Shown here in pieces: positions 9,909 to 19,957 of a stretch of 57,638 nt of DNA. The stretch is from a virus (lineage: Duplodnaviria; Caudoviricetes). The number at the start of each line of letters is the position of its first letter. The first letter of the stretch is position 1. The notes beneath the pieces are model-generated. The model was not told where the DNA came from. It worked only from the letters and a program-made list of their open reading frames with translations, and did no database searches. The stretch spans positions 1 to 57,638 of IMG/VR virus record IMGVR_UViG_3300044630_007310; one strand, 5' to 3'. A program made the position numbers and the translations under genes.

Positions 9909-11407
9909 TGGCATATAATCAAGTATTAAAGGTAACCACAGTTCCTAAAATATCTACTAAAGAGATATTTGCTCCCGACACATCAGGTGTTAATGGTCAA
10001 AACTTTAAATTTAAGGCACCAAAAAACTCTAGAGCAACAGAGGAATCAATAGGATCAGATGCCCCTTATATTATGATTAATACTGTTCCAATTGCATCAA
10101 TTGAAAAAATGATAATCGATGAAACTGGAACCATTCCAACTATAAGAATTACATTTATCGATCCAACTGGGGCCCTTTCTGGACCTAATTATCCTAAAAC
10201 AGATCCAATAATGAGCGTTTATATTAAAACTGCTAATGGAAAATTTAAGTCGATTGCCGGTGACTTTTTAATTACTAGTATAAAGAGCTCGTTAGATCCA
10301 AATGAAGATCCAGGTGGAGTAGGAATAAATGCAACATATGTGATGAGCGGGGAATTATATGTTCCAAAACTATATAATAATTTTTCTAAGAGTTATTCTA
10401 ATTTAACTTCAGTTGAGGCACTTAGAGTATTAGCAGATGATTTAGATTTAGGATTTTCAGAATTAGATATTAGTACTAACGATGCAATGACCTGGATTAA
10501 TCCAAATCGAAACGGACTATGGATGATTAATCATATATCTAAGCACGCATACATTGATGAAAATCAATTCTTTGATTCATTTATAGATAGATATTATAAT
10601 TTAACCTTTGTAAACATATCTAATCAATTAGTACAAAATCAAGATTATGATAATACATACACGAACAATGTTGACGGATCTGGTCTTTATGGAACTCAGG
10701 AAATGAAAGAACGGGAAGAATCTAATTGGCAGGAAAATGTTATACCTATGATGCTAACCAATGAGGATCGAATGAGAGGTCGGCCTGACTATATAACAAA
10801 TTATCTTTTAGAAGGGGAGCCAGGTAGAGTTTTAAAGGCTAAAGGGTTTAGAAAACAGATTTCTTATTACGATCATATATTAGATGAGGAAGATAAAAAA
10901 ACTGAATTTTGGGTAAACCCGATTAAGATTAATGGGCAGGATGATGCGTCTAGGCTAATACCTAAAGATAAAATATTACAAGATAATTTAATTAAGCAAT
11001 GGATGAGCATTGATTATGGCAACAATCATCGAGAATGGAATGGTGCCGCATTAATAAATGATCACAACCTAGCTGAATTAAATAAAGTGAAATTAAAAAT
11101 AGAAACCCTAGGCGTAAATTTTCAAATAGTTAGAGGAGCATCTGTGCCAATAAATATATTTAAGACGATACAGCAGGCAATAGATCAAGAATCCTACCTC
11201 TATGAAAGAATAAGAGGAGAGAATAGGGATATTGAATCAAACGATTTACAAAATATTATAATAGATCCTTATTTAAGTGGAACTTATTATAATTCCGGGG
11301 TACGGATCCTATATGACTCAACTGATAAATTCGGTCCATTTAGAACTGAATTTCATATGAAAAGAATGAATTGGTTAGTAGAAAAAACTTATAATTATGC
11401 CACATAA
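9908..11407 (+). CDS. putative baseplate hub protein (gp27-like)
   Basis: Position between gp53-like and spike genes, size and beta-rich pattern (PTIRITFID, LSGTYYNSGV); mostly synteny-based. Confidence 0.45.
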   Translation: MAYNQVLKVTTVPKISTKEIFAPDTSGVNGQNFKFKAPKNSRATEESIGSDAPYIMINTVPIASIEKMIIDETGTIPTIRITFIDPTGALSGPNYPKTDPIMSVYIKTANGKFKSIAGDFLITSIKSSLDPNEDPGGVGINATYVMSGELYVPKLYNNFSKSYSNLTSVEALRVLADDLDLGFSELDISTNDAMTWINPNRNGLWMINHISKHAYIDENQFFDSFIDRYYNLTFVNISNQLVQNQDYDNTYTNNVDGSGLYGTQEMKEREESNWQENVIPMMLTNEDRMRGRPDYITNYLLEGEPGRVLKAKGFRKQISYYDHILDEEDKKTEFWVNPIKINGQDDASRLIPKDKILQDNLIKQWMSIDYGNNHREWNGAALINDHNLAELNKVKLKIETLGVNFQIVRGASVPINIFKTIQQAIDQESYLYERIRGENRDIESNDLQNIIIDPYLSGTYYNSGVRILYDSTDKFGPFRTEFHMKRMNWLVEKTYNYAT

Positions 11408-12794
11408 TTTTTTAGGAACAGAATTAAAGGTAGATACATTTCGAAAAGGCAGAATATCAGACCAATTTGACGAGCCTACCTATTTAACATTTGCAATTGA
11501 TTTTAAATTTGAATCTACTGCCCCCTCGACCGTATCGATAATAGATGAATCTAGACTATGGGACAGTCCCCTGTTTGATGAGAGAAACTTTACTGAAGAA
11601 GATAGCACCGCTGGTAACAATGCAATGCAATTTTTAAAAAACAGGGGGTATACTGCACAGGCGGCAGGAATTAAACAATTTAAGGAAATATTACGATATC
11701 TAACGTTTGATGCACCTTGGTATTTTCAATCCATTACTGGTATACCTGCAATGTTTAAAGCATCTAGTGATGTTAGTTCAGGTGAAAGAGCAAAAGGAGT
11801 AACATTAGAGGTTAAAACACTTGAGGCCGTGGACCTTAGGATATTTGAATTAGCAGCTCTATATAGAAATTCAATATACGATTTAAAATTTAGAAGAGAA
11901 AGAGTTCCTGATAATTTAAGATGGTTTTCAATGGACATATATTTAGCTGAATTTAGAAATCTTAGATACCGACTCCCGCAAGCTGCAAGTGCGATTGCTC
12001 AATTAACCGGAGTAAATACAGCGGCTATTGGAAATGCAGTTACTTCAATTAGAGAAACTGCAAATACTGTGTCGGGATTAGCCGGAGCAATAGGTGGAAA
12101 TCGACAGGCAGGATTAGAATTAGCAAGTGTATTCAAACAATTTGGATACATTAAATTTAGCTGTCGCCAATGTGAATTTGATTTTTCAGACTCACTACCA
12201 ATCAGTAGTGATTTAACCGTTGGCGGACAAAGCAGGACTGCAGAAAGTAATAAATTTAAAATCAAGGTTGGTTATGTTGAAGAAGAGGCTAAATTTGGGG
12301 ACGGTACTGTTGTGTATGATGATAATGTAAAAACAGACGTCAAAACAACTTGGGGTGAAAGACAGCAGGCGGCCCTCTTAGAATCATCAGCCAGCGCAAT
12401 TTTTTCTGCAGGTCAGAATTTAGTTAGTGGAATAGGATCCTTCGGTTCAGGTAATAAATCTAAAAACGATTCACCAAGTGAATTTGGTAGAAAGGCAAAA
12501 GAGAGCCTGGCTAGTATAGGAAATGCAACTGGTATAAATACTGCACTCGCAGCAGCAGTTAGTCTATTTGATCCTCCTATTGATAACTTAGGAGAAGTTC
12601 ACCCTTATGGATATGCTTCAAATGGAGACGAGGTACCTAATAGACCTGCTCCTTCTGGAGGAAAGCAATATGGGCCGGATAAACCAAAACCTCCCGTAAC
12701 TGATTTAGGAGATGCAAATACGATTGGATATGCTTCAAATGGAGACAAAGTACCTAATAGACCGCCAGAGCCTAATGGCAATATATACGAATAA
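11397..12794 (+). CDS. putative baseplate/tail structural protein
   Basis: Translationally coupled within the baseplate operon; C-terminal Pro/Gly-rich duplicated motif. Confidence 0.5.
   Translation: MPHNFLGTELKVDTFRKGRISDQFDEPTYLTFAIDFKFESTAPSTVSIIDESRLWDSPLFDERNFTEEDSTAGNNAMQFLKNRGYTAQAAGIKQFKEILRYLTFDAPWYFQSITGIPAMFKASSDVSSGERAKGVTLEVKTLEAVDLRIFELAALYRNSIYDLKFRRERVPDNLRWFSMDIYLAEFRNLRYRLPQAASAIAQLTGVNTAAIGNAVTSIRETANTVSGLAGAIGGNRQAGLELASVFKQFGYIKFSCRQCEFDFSDSLPISSDLTVGGQSRTAESNKFKIKVGYVEEEAKFGDGTVVYDDNVKTDVKTTWGERQQAALLESSASAIFSAGQNLVSGIGSFGSGNKSKNDSPSEFGRKAKESLASIGNATGINTALAAAVSLFDPPIDNLGEVHPYGYASNGDEVPNRPAPSGGKQYGPDKPKPPVTDLGDANTIGYASNGDKVPNRPPEPNGNIYE
12608..12763 (+). repeat. two-copy 39-bp direct repeat within CDS
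   Basis: tggatatgcttcaaatggagac(gag/aaa)gtacctaatagacc at 12608-12646 and 12725-12763, encoding GYASNGD(E/K)VPNRP. Confidence 0.9.
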
Positions 12795-12796
12795 CT

Positions 12797-13450
12797 ATGA
12801 TAAGCAATAGAGAAGTAAATAAATCTGAAGATGAATACGTAAATAGGGTATTCATGGGAGTAGTAGAAGATATACAGGATCCTAGAAAGGAGGGCAGATG
12901 CAAAGTACGAGTAATTAGCATGCACGAAGATGCTATTGCAACCGAGGATCTGCCTTGGGCATATCCAGCTCAAAAAAGTACGATCTTTGGAGCTAATGGT
13001 GCAGGATCTATATCAATTCCTAAAAAGGGGGCAATGGTAATTGTTAAATTTAACAACGGTAATATCTATTCTCCTGAATATTATTCAATCCACGAGCTTG
13101 CTCAGGATGTCAAGGATGAACTTAATTCAGAATATGAAGGTTCACATATCTTATTATTTGATAGTGACGAGCAATTAAAGATATGGTTTACTCCTAATAA
13201 AGGAATGACAATATCCATAAAAGATACATTTATTAATATTGATTTAAATAATAATATCAGACTTAAGAGCACTAATAAAGTAATTGTTGAATCTCCTAGG
13301 ATAGAATTAGGTACAGATGCAGTAGAATCAGTAATTAAAGGAGATGCTTTTCTAAAAGCATTTAATTCTCATTCACACCCTGCTCCTAATACACCACCAA
13401 CATTGCCACTAACAGAGATTGTTTTAAGTAAAAAAGTTAAAGTTAAATAA
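12797..13450 (+). CDS. baseplate central spike, gp5 OB-fold / gpV-like
   Basis: FMGVVEDIQDPRKEGRCKVRV...LPWAYP gp5 OB-fold; C-terminal FNSHSHP (HxH iron-binding tip as in P2 gpV); no lysozyme domain. Confidence 0.85.
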   Translation: MISNREVNKSEDEYVNRVFMGVVEDIQDPRKEGRCKVRVISMHEDAIATEDLPWAYPAQKSTIFGANGAGSISIPKKGAMVIVKFNNGNIYSPEYYSIHELAQDVKDELNSEYEGSHILLFDSDEQLKIWFTPNKGMTISIKDTFINIDLNNNIRLKSTNKVIVESPRIELGTDAVESVIKGDAFLKAFNSHSHPAPNTPPTLPLTEIVLSKKVKVK

Positions 13451-13457
13451 TTAAAAT

Positions 13458-14300
13458 ATGGCTATTAATCCCTATGTATTTATTCCAAAGGTAACCAAAG
13501 AGGCAACCATTGAAGTAACAATCCTATATAAAATTAGATTGATCGAAGTTCAAACCTTTGCGCTTGATTATATCGAGACAATTGACGGAGTTGAGTATAC
13601 TGGAATACAGGCAGTTAGGGAATCCCTAAAGGCTCAATCTAGAAATTATGGATTCTATGTCAATGGTAAATCTTATCCTAAATATGTACCAGAGGACGAG
13701 CAAGAAGATCCTGACACTAAGGCAATAAAGGATCAAAAGAAGCTCTTTTTAGAAACAACGGGACCTGAAATACCAGGGTTAAATAAAGACGCTATCATAG
13801 TTATTTTAGCATCAAAGGAACCTGCTCTAAAGAAACAATTTGATGATATTCAAAGAGGAATCAATGAAGATATAGAAGCAGGCATGTCAGAGGAAGATGC
13901 TAAAGAAAAAGCAAAGGCAGATCAACTAAAAATCATTGAAAAATATAAAGAGAGCATGGATGATTATGTTGATGAACGTATAGCTGACATTAAAAAGCAG
14001 TACGACGTGTTTTTAAAAAGTGTAAAGACTATTCCAGATACAGTTGCTAGTACTATTGCAAATATTGCTCTTCCACCTTCAATTTCTGTTCCGCCTGGAG
14101 CTCCTAATCCGGTATATTCAATAAATTTAGCTAGACAAATTAAAGCAAGCTTGGGTATTATTTTAGCATCTGCTGTAATTGCGTTTGGGATTATTATAAA
14201 ATTGAGCTCAGAGCTTAAGTTTAAACTTCCAGAAGAAGTATTGGCGATATTTGATACTTTAAAGACCTTTGATGGGCTCCTAAAGTCTATTCCGATTTAA
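13458..14300 (+). CDS. hypothetical protein
   Basis: 280 aa ORF ending the baseplate operon, hydrophobic C-terminal helix. Confidence 0.7.
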   Translation: MAINPYVFIPKVTKEATIEVTILYKIRLIEVQTFALDYIETIDGVEYTGIQAVRESLKAQSRNYGFYVNGKSYPKYVPEDEQEDPDTKAIKDQKKLFLETTGPEIPGLNKDAIIVILASKEPALKKQFDDIQRGINEDIEAGMSEEDAKEKAKADQLKIIEKYKESMDDYVDERIADIKKQYDVFLKSVKTIPDTVASTIANIALPPSISVPPGAPNPVYSINLARQIKASLGIILASAVIAFGIIIKLSSELKFKLPEEVLAIFDTLKTFDGLLKSIPI

Positions 14301-14898
14301 TATATAGATTTTCTATATTTTCAAATCTCATAATCTTATTGAGAAGAGAATCTGGAGTAACTGAGACCATATTAAAGCCTAGAGACTGTAGATTTTTAAA
14401 ATTATTGAACATTTTATCAAATCTCACATCATACCATGCTTTTCCGTACCTATTACTAGACGGATGATTTAAATCTTTCCAAAAATGACTAGGTTCTATC
14501 CATCTAAGATTAACCCCTGCAATATAAAAAGTGGTTTTAGATTTATCGATGCGATATCTTTCAGTTAACATTCTAAGACCACCTGATACCGAATCTGGAA
14601 ATCTTCCTTTATCTGATCTTTCATAGGTGGTCAACCATTTAGGAATGTTTCGATATGTTCTTCTAAGCCAATCACTGGAAAAACATTCACTCCTGCCAAT
14701 TAATTTAGCTTTATGAATAGGGTTCTCATCAAGCTCCCTAATAATCGGGTGATCTTGAAAAAAGAAATAATCAGGGTAATGCTTTAACCAAATTCTATTT
14801 ACTCCGAATGTTTTTATTCGAGGATCTAATAATTCAAAGTTAATGTCATTGATCTGAGGACCATTTCCTAATACTAATATTTTCTCTAGTTTAACCAA
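14287..14898 (-). CDS. Maf/DUF115 (MAF_flag10)-like putative sugar transferase
   Basis: ILVLGNGPQI, FGVNRIW..HYPDYFF, YIAGVN motifs typical of the Maf/CstII-like fold. Confidence 0.65.
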   Translation of the reverse strand: MVKLEKILVLGNGPQINDINFELLDPRIKTFGVNRIWLKHYPDYFFFQDHPIIRELDENPIHKAKLIGRSECFSSDWLRRTYRNIPKWLTTYERSDKGRFPDSVSGGLRMLTERYRIDKSKTTFYIAGVNLRWIEPSHFWKDLNHPSSNRYGKAWYDVRFDKMFNNFKNLQSLGFNMVSVTPDSLLNKIMRFENIENLYIKSE

Positions 14899-15182
14899 TC
14901 CTTTGAATTTATATTCTTATCGTCTATGAATAGATCATATGCAGGTTTTCCAAATTTAAGCTCGTGATACTGAACTCCCCATGTCTTTAATTGACACTCA
15001 GTTAATTCCCTCCAGTCTATTCCACTAACGGTCCCTCTTGCTGTCCAGAATACTATAGTATTTCCAGAATCATACAGCCGATTTACTTTTTCAATTGCTT
15101 CTAAAATCGGTCTGGCTGATTTATAATTCAGAGGCTCTAATAGAGTGCAGATTGTGTCATCAATATCAATATAGATTATCAT
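14886..15182 (-). CDS. small capless HAD-family phosphatase (capsule-biosynthesis type)
   Basis: DIDDT (motif I), WTARG (II), GKP (III), FIDDK (IV). Confidence 0.85.
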   Translation of the reverse strand: MIIYIDIDDTICTLLEPLNYKSARPILEAIEKVNRLYDSGNTIVFWTARGTVSGIDWRELTECQLKTWGVQYHELKFGKPAYDLFIDDKNINSKDWLN

Positions 15183-15460
15183 TCTATCTTAATTTTATTT
15201 TGCTTTTTAAATTCTTGCCAATCTTTTCCATTCATTAGATCTGGAAATTTTTTGCCCCCGTTGCAAGATTCTTTGACATATAATTTACCCGGAACATCAC
15301 ATCCGCATTCTACGCAGTATCCATATTGCACACATTCGTATTTACAGATCTGAGCTCTATATAAGACCTGTTCTCTCTGATGTTGAGGTAATAGATCAAA
15401 TTGATCCCCCAGCATTTTGATATTTCCTTCAATAAATTGAATTATATTTTTAACTTTCAT
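15179..15460 (-). CDS. Cys-rich hypothetical protein
   Basis: RAQICKYEC...CVECGC...C, likely metal-binding. Confidence 0.7.
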   Translation of the reverse strand: MKVKNIIQFIEGNIKMLGDQFDLLPQHQREQVLYRAQICKYECVQYGYCVECGCDVPGKLYVKESCNGGKKFPDLMNGKDWQEFKKQNKIKIE

Positions 15461-15623
15461 AAAATTCAGTGACTTGATATATGCTTAAAAAGTCATCAAT
15501 TGACATTCTTTTTATTTGACTCCAGTATTCAACCGCCTGCGCATCACTATCGAATTTGCCTTTAGATATAGGCTCCTTAGTTGAATCAGATAAACTATAA
15601 TAACAATACATAATGTTTTTCAT
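15450..15623 (-). CDS. small hypothetical protein (57 aa)
   Basis: MKNIMYCYYSLSDSTKEPISKG...FYES*; below the ORF track cutoff, fills the gap and overlaps the next gene. Confidence 0.7.
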   Translation of the reverse strand: MKNIMYCYYSLSDSTKEPISKGKFDSDAQAVEYWSQIKRMSIDDFLSIYQVTEFYES

Positions 15624-15636
15624 AAATATACTTATT

Positions 15637-16503
15637 TTAAACTCCTCTTAAAGATTTTCTTTTACTTAATTCTGATCCTATCACTCTTCTAGGTCCATAT
15701 CCACCTAAAGATTTTTCAATATCTCGAATTCCCTTTACTAATTTAATCATTCCTCCGGGCTCAACTGATGCCATTTGATCTGATCCCCATAGTGCTCGAT
15801 CTAGGGTAAGATGACGTTCAACCCAAGTTGCACCTAACATAGTTGCGGCCATTGTTGTGACTAGACCAAATTCATGACCTGAATATCCTATTTCAGAGGA
15901 TGCATTATTATGACTTAACCAAGTAATATATTCTAGATTCAACTCCTCAACTGGAGATGGATAAGTTGAATTGGTATGCATGATTACATCTGGGTTACAT
16001 TCTGCTATACATTCAATGATTTCAGATTCCTCACTCATACCTGTGCTAATGATCAAGGTTTCAGATTTTTCTCTTGCGTATCTACATAGCTCTAAATTTG
16101 TGATTAGAGCAGATGGAATTTTCATAATGTTTGCATAAGAAAATCCTTCTTCTGACCACCTATTCATGAAATCAACCGATTCAATGTCCCAAACAGAGGC
16201 AAACCATTGGATTCCTTTAGTCTGGCAATATCTGTCTATCACGTAGTAGTCTTGATATGTTAGTTCAATATCTTCTTTATATTGTAGATAAGTTGTCTCT
16301 TCTTCTCTCCAAGGGACCCTCTTAGCCTTTGATTTTTCTGCTTCGGGAACACATATTTCAGGAGTTCTTTTTTGAAATTTAACGTAGTCGCAGCCTGCAA
16401 CTTTAGCAACATCAATTAAATTGCATACATTAGTCATGAAGTGGGATTTAGTGGCTCCATATGCAAAATTAATTCCTATTTCAGCTATAATTTTAGTTTT
16501 CAT
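15637..16503 (-). CDS. neuB: N-acetylneuraminate/nonulosonate synthase family, short form lacking the AFP-like domain
   Basis: IIAEIGIN, DYVKFQKR, KIPSA, IISTGMS, HTNSTYP, GYSGHE, ERHLTLDR.LWGSDQMASVEP. Confidence 0.93.
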   Translation of the reverse strand: MKTKIIAEIGINFAYGATKSHFMTNVCNLIDVAKVAGCDYVKFQKRTPEICVPEAEKSKAKRVPWREEETTYLQYKEDIELTYQDYYVIDRYCQTKGIQWFASVWDIESVDFMNRWSEEGFSYANIMKIPSALITNLELCRYAREKSETLIISTGMSEESEIIECIAECNPDVIMHTNSTYPSPVEELNLEYITWLSHNNASSEIGYSGHEFGLVTTMAATMLGATWVERHLTLDRALWGSDQMASVEPGGMIKLVKGIRDIEKSLGGYGPRRVIGSELSKRKSLRGV

Positions 16504-16506
16504 GTA

Positions 16507-17100
16507 TTACTTTATTTTTTTAGCCGGGGTTCCAACATATATTCCAGGTTCTTCAATATGTTTAACAACACCGGAATTTAGGCCGATCTTCACTAAACTA
16601 TGTATTGACAGTTTTTCTTTAATGGATGCATTGGTGCCTACATAGACACATTCCCCAATAGTACAATTTCCAGATATTTTTGCGCCAGGTGCGGTTGTAA
16701 AAAAGTCTCCAATTATACAATCGTGACCTACTGTTGACATTAAATTTAAATGACAGTGTTTTCCTATTTTTACATTAGTTGTAATTATGCAATTAGCAGT
16801 AATTATTGATCCGGCTCCTATCTCAACTTTTAAATCTAATATCTGAGCAGATTTATGTATAAATGTAAAATACTCTGTTTCTTTTGGAAGTCGGTTAGCT
16901 ATGTTTTTGCGATCAACGGGATCTCCGACAACAATTAAAGCTGTCATTTTATCGGGATCGAATTGACTTAGTGGATATATTTCATCTGAATTTTTCATAT
17001 AAAATTTATCGTCTACAAAACATTTTAAGTTTGCTCCATAATGAGCTCTAACTTCTCTTGCAAATCCTCCGGCTCCAATAAGTACCTTTTCTTTATTCAT
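16507..17100 (-). CDS. NeuD/PglD-family sugar acetyltransferase
   Basis: LIGAGGFAREV N-terminus, hexapeptide repeats, VGHDC, YVGTPAK. Confidence 0.9.
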   Translation of the reverse strand: MNKEKVLIGAGGFAREVRAHYGANLKCFVDDKFYMKNSDEIYPLSQFDPDKMTALIVVGDPVDRKNIANRLPKETEYFTFIHKSAQILDLKVEIGAGSIITANCIITTNVKIGKHCHLNLMSTVGHDCIIGDFFTTAPGAKISGNCTIGECVYVGTNASIKEKLSIHSLVKIGLNSGVVKHIEEPGIYVGTPAKKIK

Positions 17101-17115
17101 GTTCTTTAATTATTT

Positions 17116-17232
17116 TTAATAATCGACAAATACTTTTTTGTATATTAAATAATTTACATTTATATGTTTTTGATTCATCTGACACATTACTTCTCTAGCA
17201 TGTCCACCGTATCCTATTAGAGCTTTTTTTAT
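17116..17232 (-). pseudogene. remnant 5' end of a second NeuD/PglD-like gene
   Basis: Frame reads IKKALIGYGGHAREVMCQM...VFVDY*, paralogous to the neighbour's KEKVLIGAGGFAREV...CFVDD; no ATG at its start. Confidence 0.7.
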
Positions 17233-17864
17233 TCTATAGTTTTACAATTCTTAAATATATCAAATTCAGTTAAATCTCTATATCCATTTAATTCTCCTTG
17301 ATCGGACACATGTTCTGGATAATTTTGTAATAAACAAAGTCCTTGTGCGGCTTCTTGTGGAGTCATATACATATTCCAACCTAAAGATGATATATTGTCC
17401 TCCTTGTAGTATTTTTCACTTCTACCTTCATATCTGGACTTTTTGAACCAATCAACGGCTTCTTTATTATCAGTGAGAATCATTCCACCTTTTCCTATTC
17501 CAAGATTTTTCTTTATATGAAAAGATAAACACATAAATGTTCCTGGAATGTACATGTTGGAAGTAAGTCTTTTAGCTGCGTCATATATTGGATATGGTTT
17601 TAGTTGGTAAATTCCAGTCCAATGGTTTGATTCTGGTCTTTTATCAAATCTTAATTGAGCACCGGACTGAATTATACTCATTGGAACTGACAAATAAGTC
17701 TTCGATGGTATAGTTACTTCTTCGGCTTCTAAATACTTACAGCACAAAAATAGAGCATTTGTGCAACTATCTATTGATACAGCGTAGGGTGCATTTGTGT
17801 ATAGAGCAATTTCTTCCTCAAACATCTGAACAATTTTATAGGGGTTATGTTTTTTTATTGGCAT
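17229..17864 (-). CDS. short DegT/DnrJ/EryC1/StrS-family PLP sugar aminotransferase
   Basis: FEEEIA.Y..APYAVSIDSCTNAL, YDAA, SFHIKKNLGIGKGGMILT, LGWNMYM. Confidence 0.88.
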   Translation of the reverse strand: MPIKKHNPYKIVQMFEEEIALYTNAPYAVSIDSCTNALFLCCKYLEAEEVTIPSKTYLSVPMSIIQSGAQLRFDKRPESNHWTGIYQLKPYPIYDAAKRLTSNMYIPGTFMCLSFHIKKNLGIGKGGMILTDNKEAVDWFKKSRYEGRSEKYYKEDNISSLGWNMYMTPQEAAQGLCLLQNYPEHVSDQGELNGYRDLTEFDIFKNCKTIE

Positions 17865-17881
17865 AATTTATATAATATTTT

Positions 17882-18652
17882 TTAATATGGTGTGAATTTA
17901 GCTTTAGTTGGTAATAGAAATTTCATGAATGATATTTCCTCTTCTGTCAACCTCTTAGTATATTTTCTATCTGATATATTAAAATAGGTGTAATGTTCAC
18001 TTATTATTTCAGAAAAATCTGTTACTATTTTGATATTTTTTGGTGAACCAAACTGTTCATAATGTTTGTTCATTTTTAATAATTTGTCCTCCAGTTTAAC
18101 CTCACTGAACTGGGGTTTTATTTTATCAGTCAAATCTTTTGCGGGTGATCCTCCGTATATGTGATTGCTCTTCATATCTTTTGTTATGACAGAACCAACT
18201 AATGCCATCGATTTGTCTTCTGCTACTATTGGTGAAACTATACAATGTCCAACAAACCAACAGTCATTTCCTATTCTAAGTTCACTTGACGAGTTGTAGT
18301 TACAACCTTCCAAATCATCTCCATATAAAATGTGAGACCAGAGTTGTGAGTGGGCTCCGATTCCACAATTGTTTCCTATAGTTGTCCCTCCGATTCCATC
18401 TATTATTGTATACTGGCCTATCCATGCATTATGTCCTATGTTTATTGGTTTATATCCATGTATGTTTGTGTGATGTTGCACTTTACAGTAGTCTCCTATC
18501 TGGAATTCGTCTACTATTATTTGTACATCATCACCTATAAAAGTGTTATCACCAATTACGATTTTTTTTGCTTTACCGTTTATACCTCTTATTTTTGCAG
18601 TTGGCGATATAATCACATTTTTACCAATAATTATTTCTTCAGCTTCTATCAT
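17882..18652 (-). CDS. left-handed beta-helix acyltransferase
   Basis: Many hexapeptide repeats (IGDNTFIGDD, IGNNCGIG, IGNDCWF), YGGSPAK. Confidence 0.85.
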   Translation of the reverse strand: MIEAEEIIIGKNVIISPTAKIRGINGKAKKIVIGDNTFIGDDVQIIVDEFQIGDYCKVQHHTNIHGYKPINIGHNAWIGQYTIIDGIGGTTIGNNCGIGAHSQLWSHILYGDDLEGCNYNSSSELRIGNDCWFVGHCIVSPIVAEDKSMALVGSVITKDMKSNHIYGGSPAKDLTDKIKPQFSEVKLEDKLLKMNKHYEQFGSPKNIKIVTDFSEIISEHYTYFNISDRKYTKRLTEEEISFMKFLLPTKAKFTPY

Positions 18653-18659
18653 ACATTTT

Positions 18660-19181
18660 TCAATTTATTTTTACTAACCAACTAGAGTCTGAAAAAATGA
18701 TATCTGGTTTACCAAAAAATTCATTAACTGCTTTTATAACACCAGGACTGTCATTGCTGTAATCATGTCCAGCTATCAAACCATCTTTTTTAATTTTTTT
18801 TAGAGCATTGGTAATATCATCTTTAACAAATTCATAATCATGATTTGCATCGATATATATAAAATCTAGTGTTGGTAGAGATTCTAATGCCTCTGAGAAA
18901 TACATTTTAAGTTTTTTTATATTGAATTCTTTCATAGATTCGTCAAAAGTTTTCTCAACGATTGAAAAGTCGTGACTTGGTTGTATCTTTTTAAAGTTGT
19001 CCATTTCGTCTTTCCAAATATCTATTGCATATAGTAAGGTAATTTTACCTGATTCTAAAAACATTTTAGTACTTTCGCCTGCGTAACAACCTACTTCAGC
19101 CATTATTAAATTATTAGGAATGTAATCAATTAAGTCTAATAGACCCTTTGTGTTAGAACTTCCTCTCATTTTCAATATCAT
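18660..19181 (-). CDS. class I SAM-dependent methyltransferase (Methyltransf_24-like)
   Basis: AEVGCYAGES, AIDIW, DFIYIDANHDYE.VK.DI, IAGHDY. Confidence 0.9.
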   Translation of the reverse strand: MILKMRGSSNTKGLLDLIDYIPNNLIMAEVGCYAGESTKMFLESGKITLLYAIDIWKDEMDNFKKIQPSHDFSIVEKTFDESMKEFNIKKLKMYFSEALESLPTLDFIYIDANHDYEFVKDDITNALKKIKKDGLIAGHDYSNDSPGVIKAVNEFFGKPDIIFSDSSWLVKIN

Positions 19182-19186
19182 AGTTT

Positions 19187-19957
19187 TTATCTTTTATTTT
19201 TTATCCAGTAGTCTAGTTCCAACCAGTCTTTTCCTGTTGTGTGTGGATTAATGCTTGGTTGTATTGTGTTTATTTTTTTAGACTCAAGTTTTATATTCTC
19301 TAAGACTTCATCAACATCTTTACATTTAATTAATGATTCGTATGGATATGGATTTTCAAATGTCAATGTTTTTACACCCATTAATGAAAATTCTCTTGTA
19401 GTTGTCATTCCGTGTCCTTGTGAAAAGTTGAGATTTAGAAAACATTTTCTATAATAATTTTCAATTAAAAATTCTATGTTATACATATCTGACTTGTTGA
19501 TATGTTGAGTTGTTATAATTTCATAGTCTATTTTAGATTGAATATAATCTATTTTTTCTTTTGGGCTTGGAGTCCAACCATTTGAAAATCCAGAGTAATA
19601 ATATATTTTGTCTCCTAATGTACTAGGATTAAACATGTTATAGTCTTTTATTTCTATAACCTCTTGTTTGTGAATTACATTTTCTGGTAGATAATAGTCT
19701 TTCGGTAAAGAACATTCGGTTATAAGTATAGTCTTTTCTATATTTTTAAGTATTCCAAAGTTTGGTAAGTCAGTCGGTGTAGATGGTAAAACTACTTTAT
19801 ATCCTTTGTGTGATTCAAAAATATTTTGTAGCCCACTAAATCCAAAGAAGAATAATGGTTTATCATCATCAAAATATTTTGACAAACTCCATTTTTTTTG
19901 AAACTCATATTCAAAGAATCCTATAGAGGGACACGTTATAAATTGTTCTATTTTCAT
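19187..19957 (-). CDS. hypothetical protein, possibly degenerate glycosyltransferase
   Basis: 256 aa in the sugar cluster; YRKCFLNLNFSQGHGMTTTREFSLMG weakly resembles a GT-B C-terminal motif. Confidence 0.45.
   Translation of the reverse strand: MKIEQFITCPSIGFFEYEFQKKWSLSKYFDDDKPLFFFGFSGLQNIFESHKGYKVVLPSTPTDLPNFGILKNIEKTILITECSLPKDYYLPENVIHKQEVIEIKDYNMFNPSTLGDKIYYYSGFSNGWTPSPKEKIDYIQSKIDYEIITTQHINKSDMYNIEFLIENYYRKCFLNLNFSQGHGMTTTREFSLMGVKTLTFENPYPYESLIKCKDVDEVLENIKLESKKINTIQPSINPHTTGKDWLELDYWIKNKR

Noticed and set aside
12608-12763. 39-bp direct repeat as a mini-CRISPR or att site
   Set aside because: Two copies, in frame inside a CDS, 78-nt gap also coding; no cas or integrase nearby
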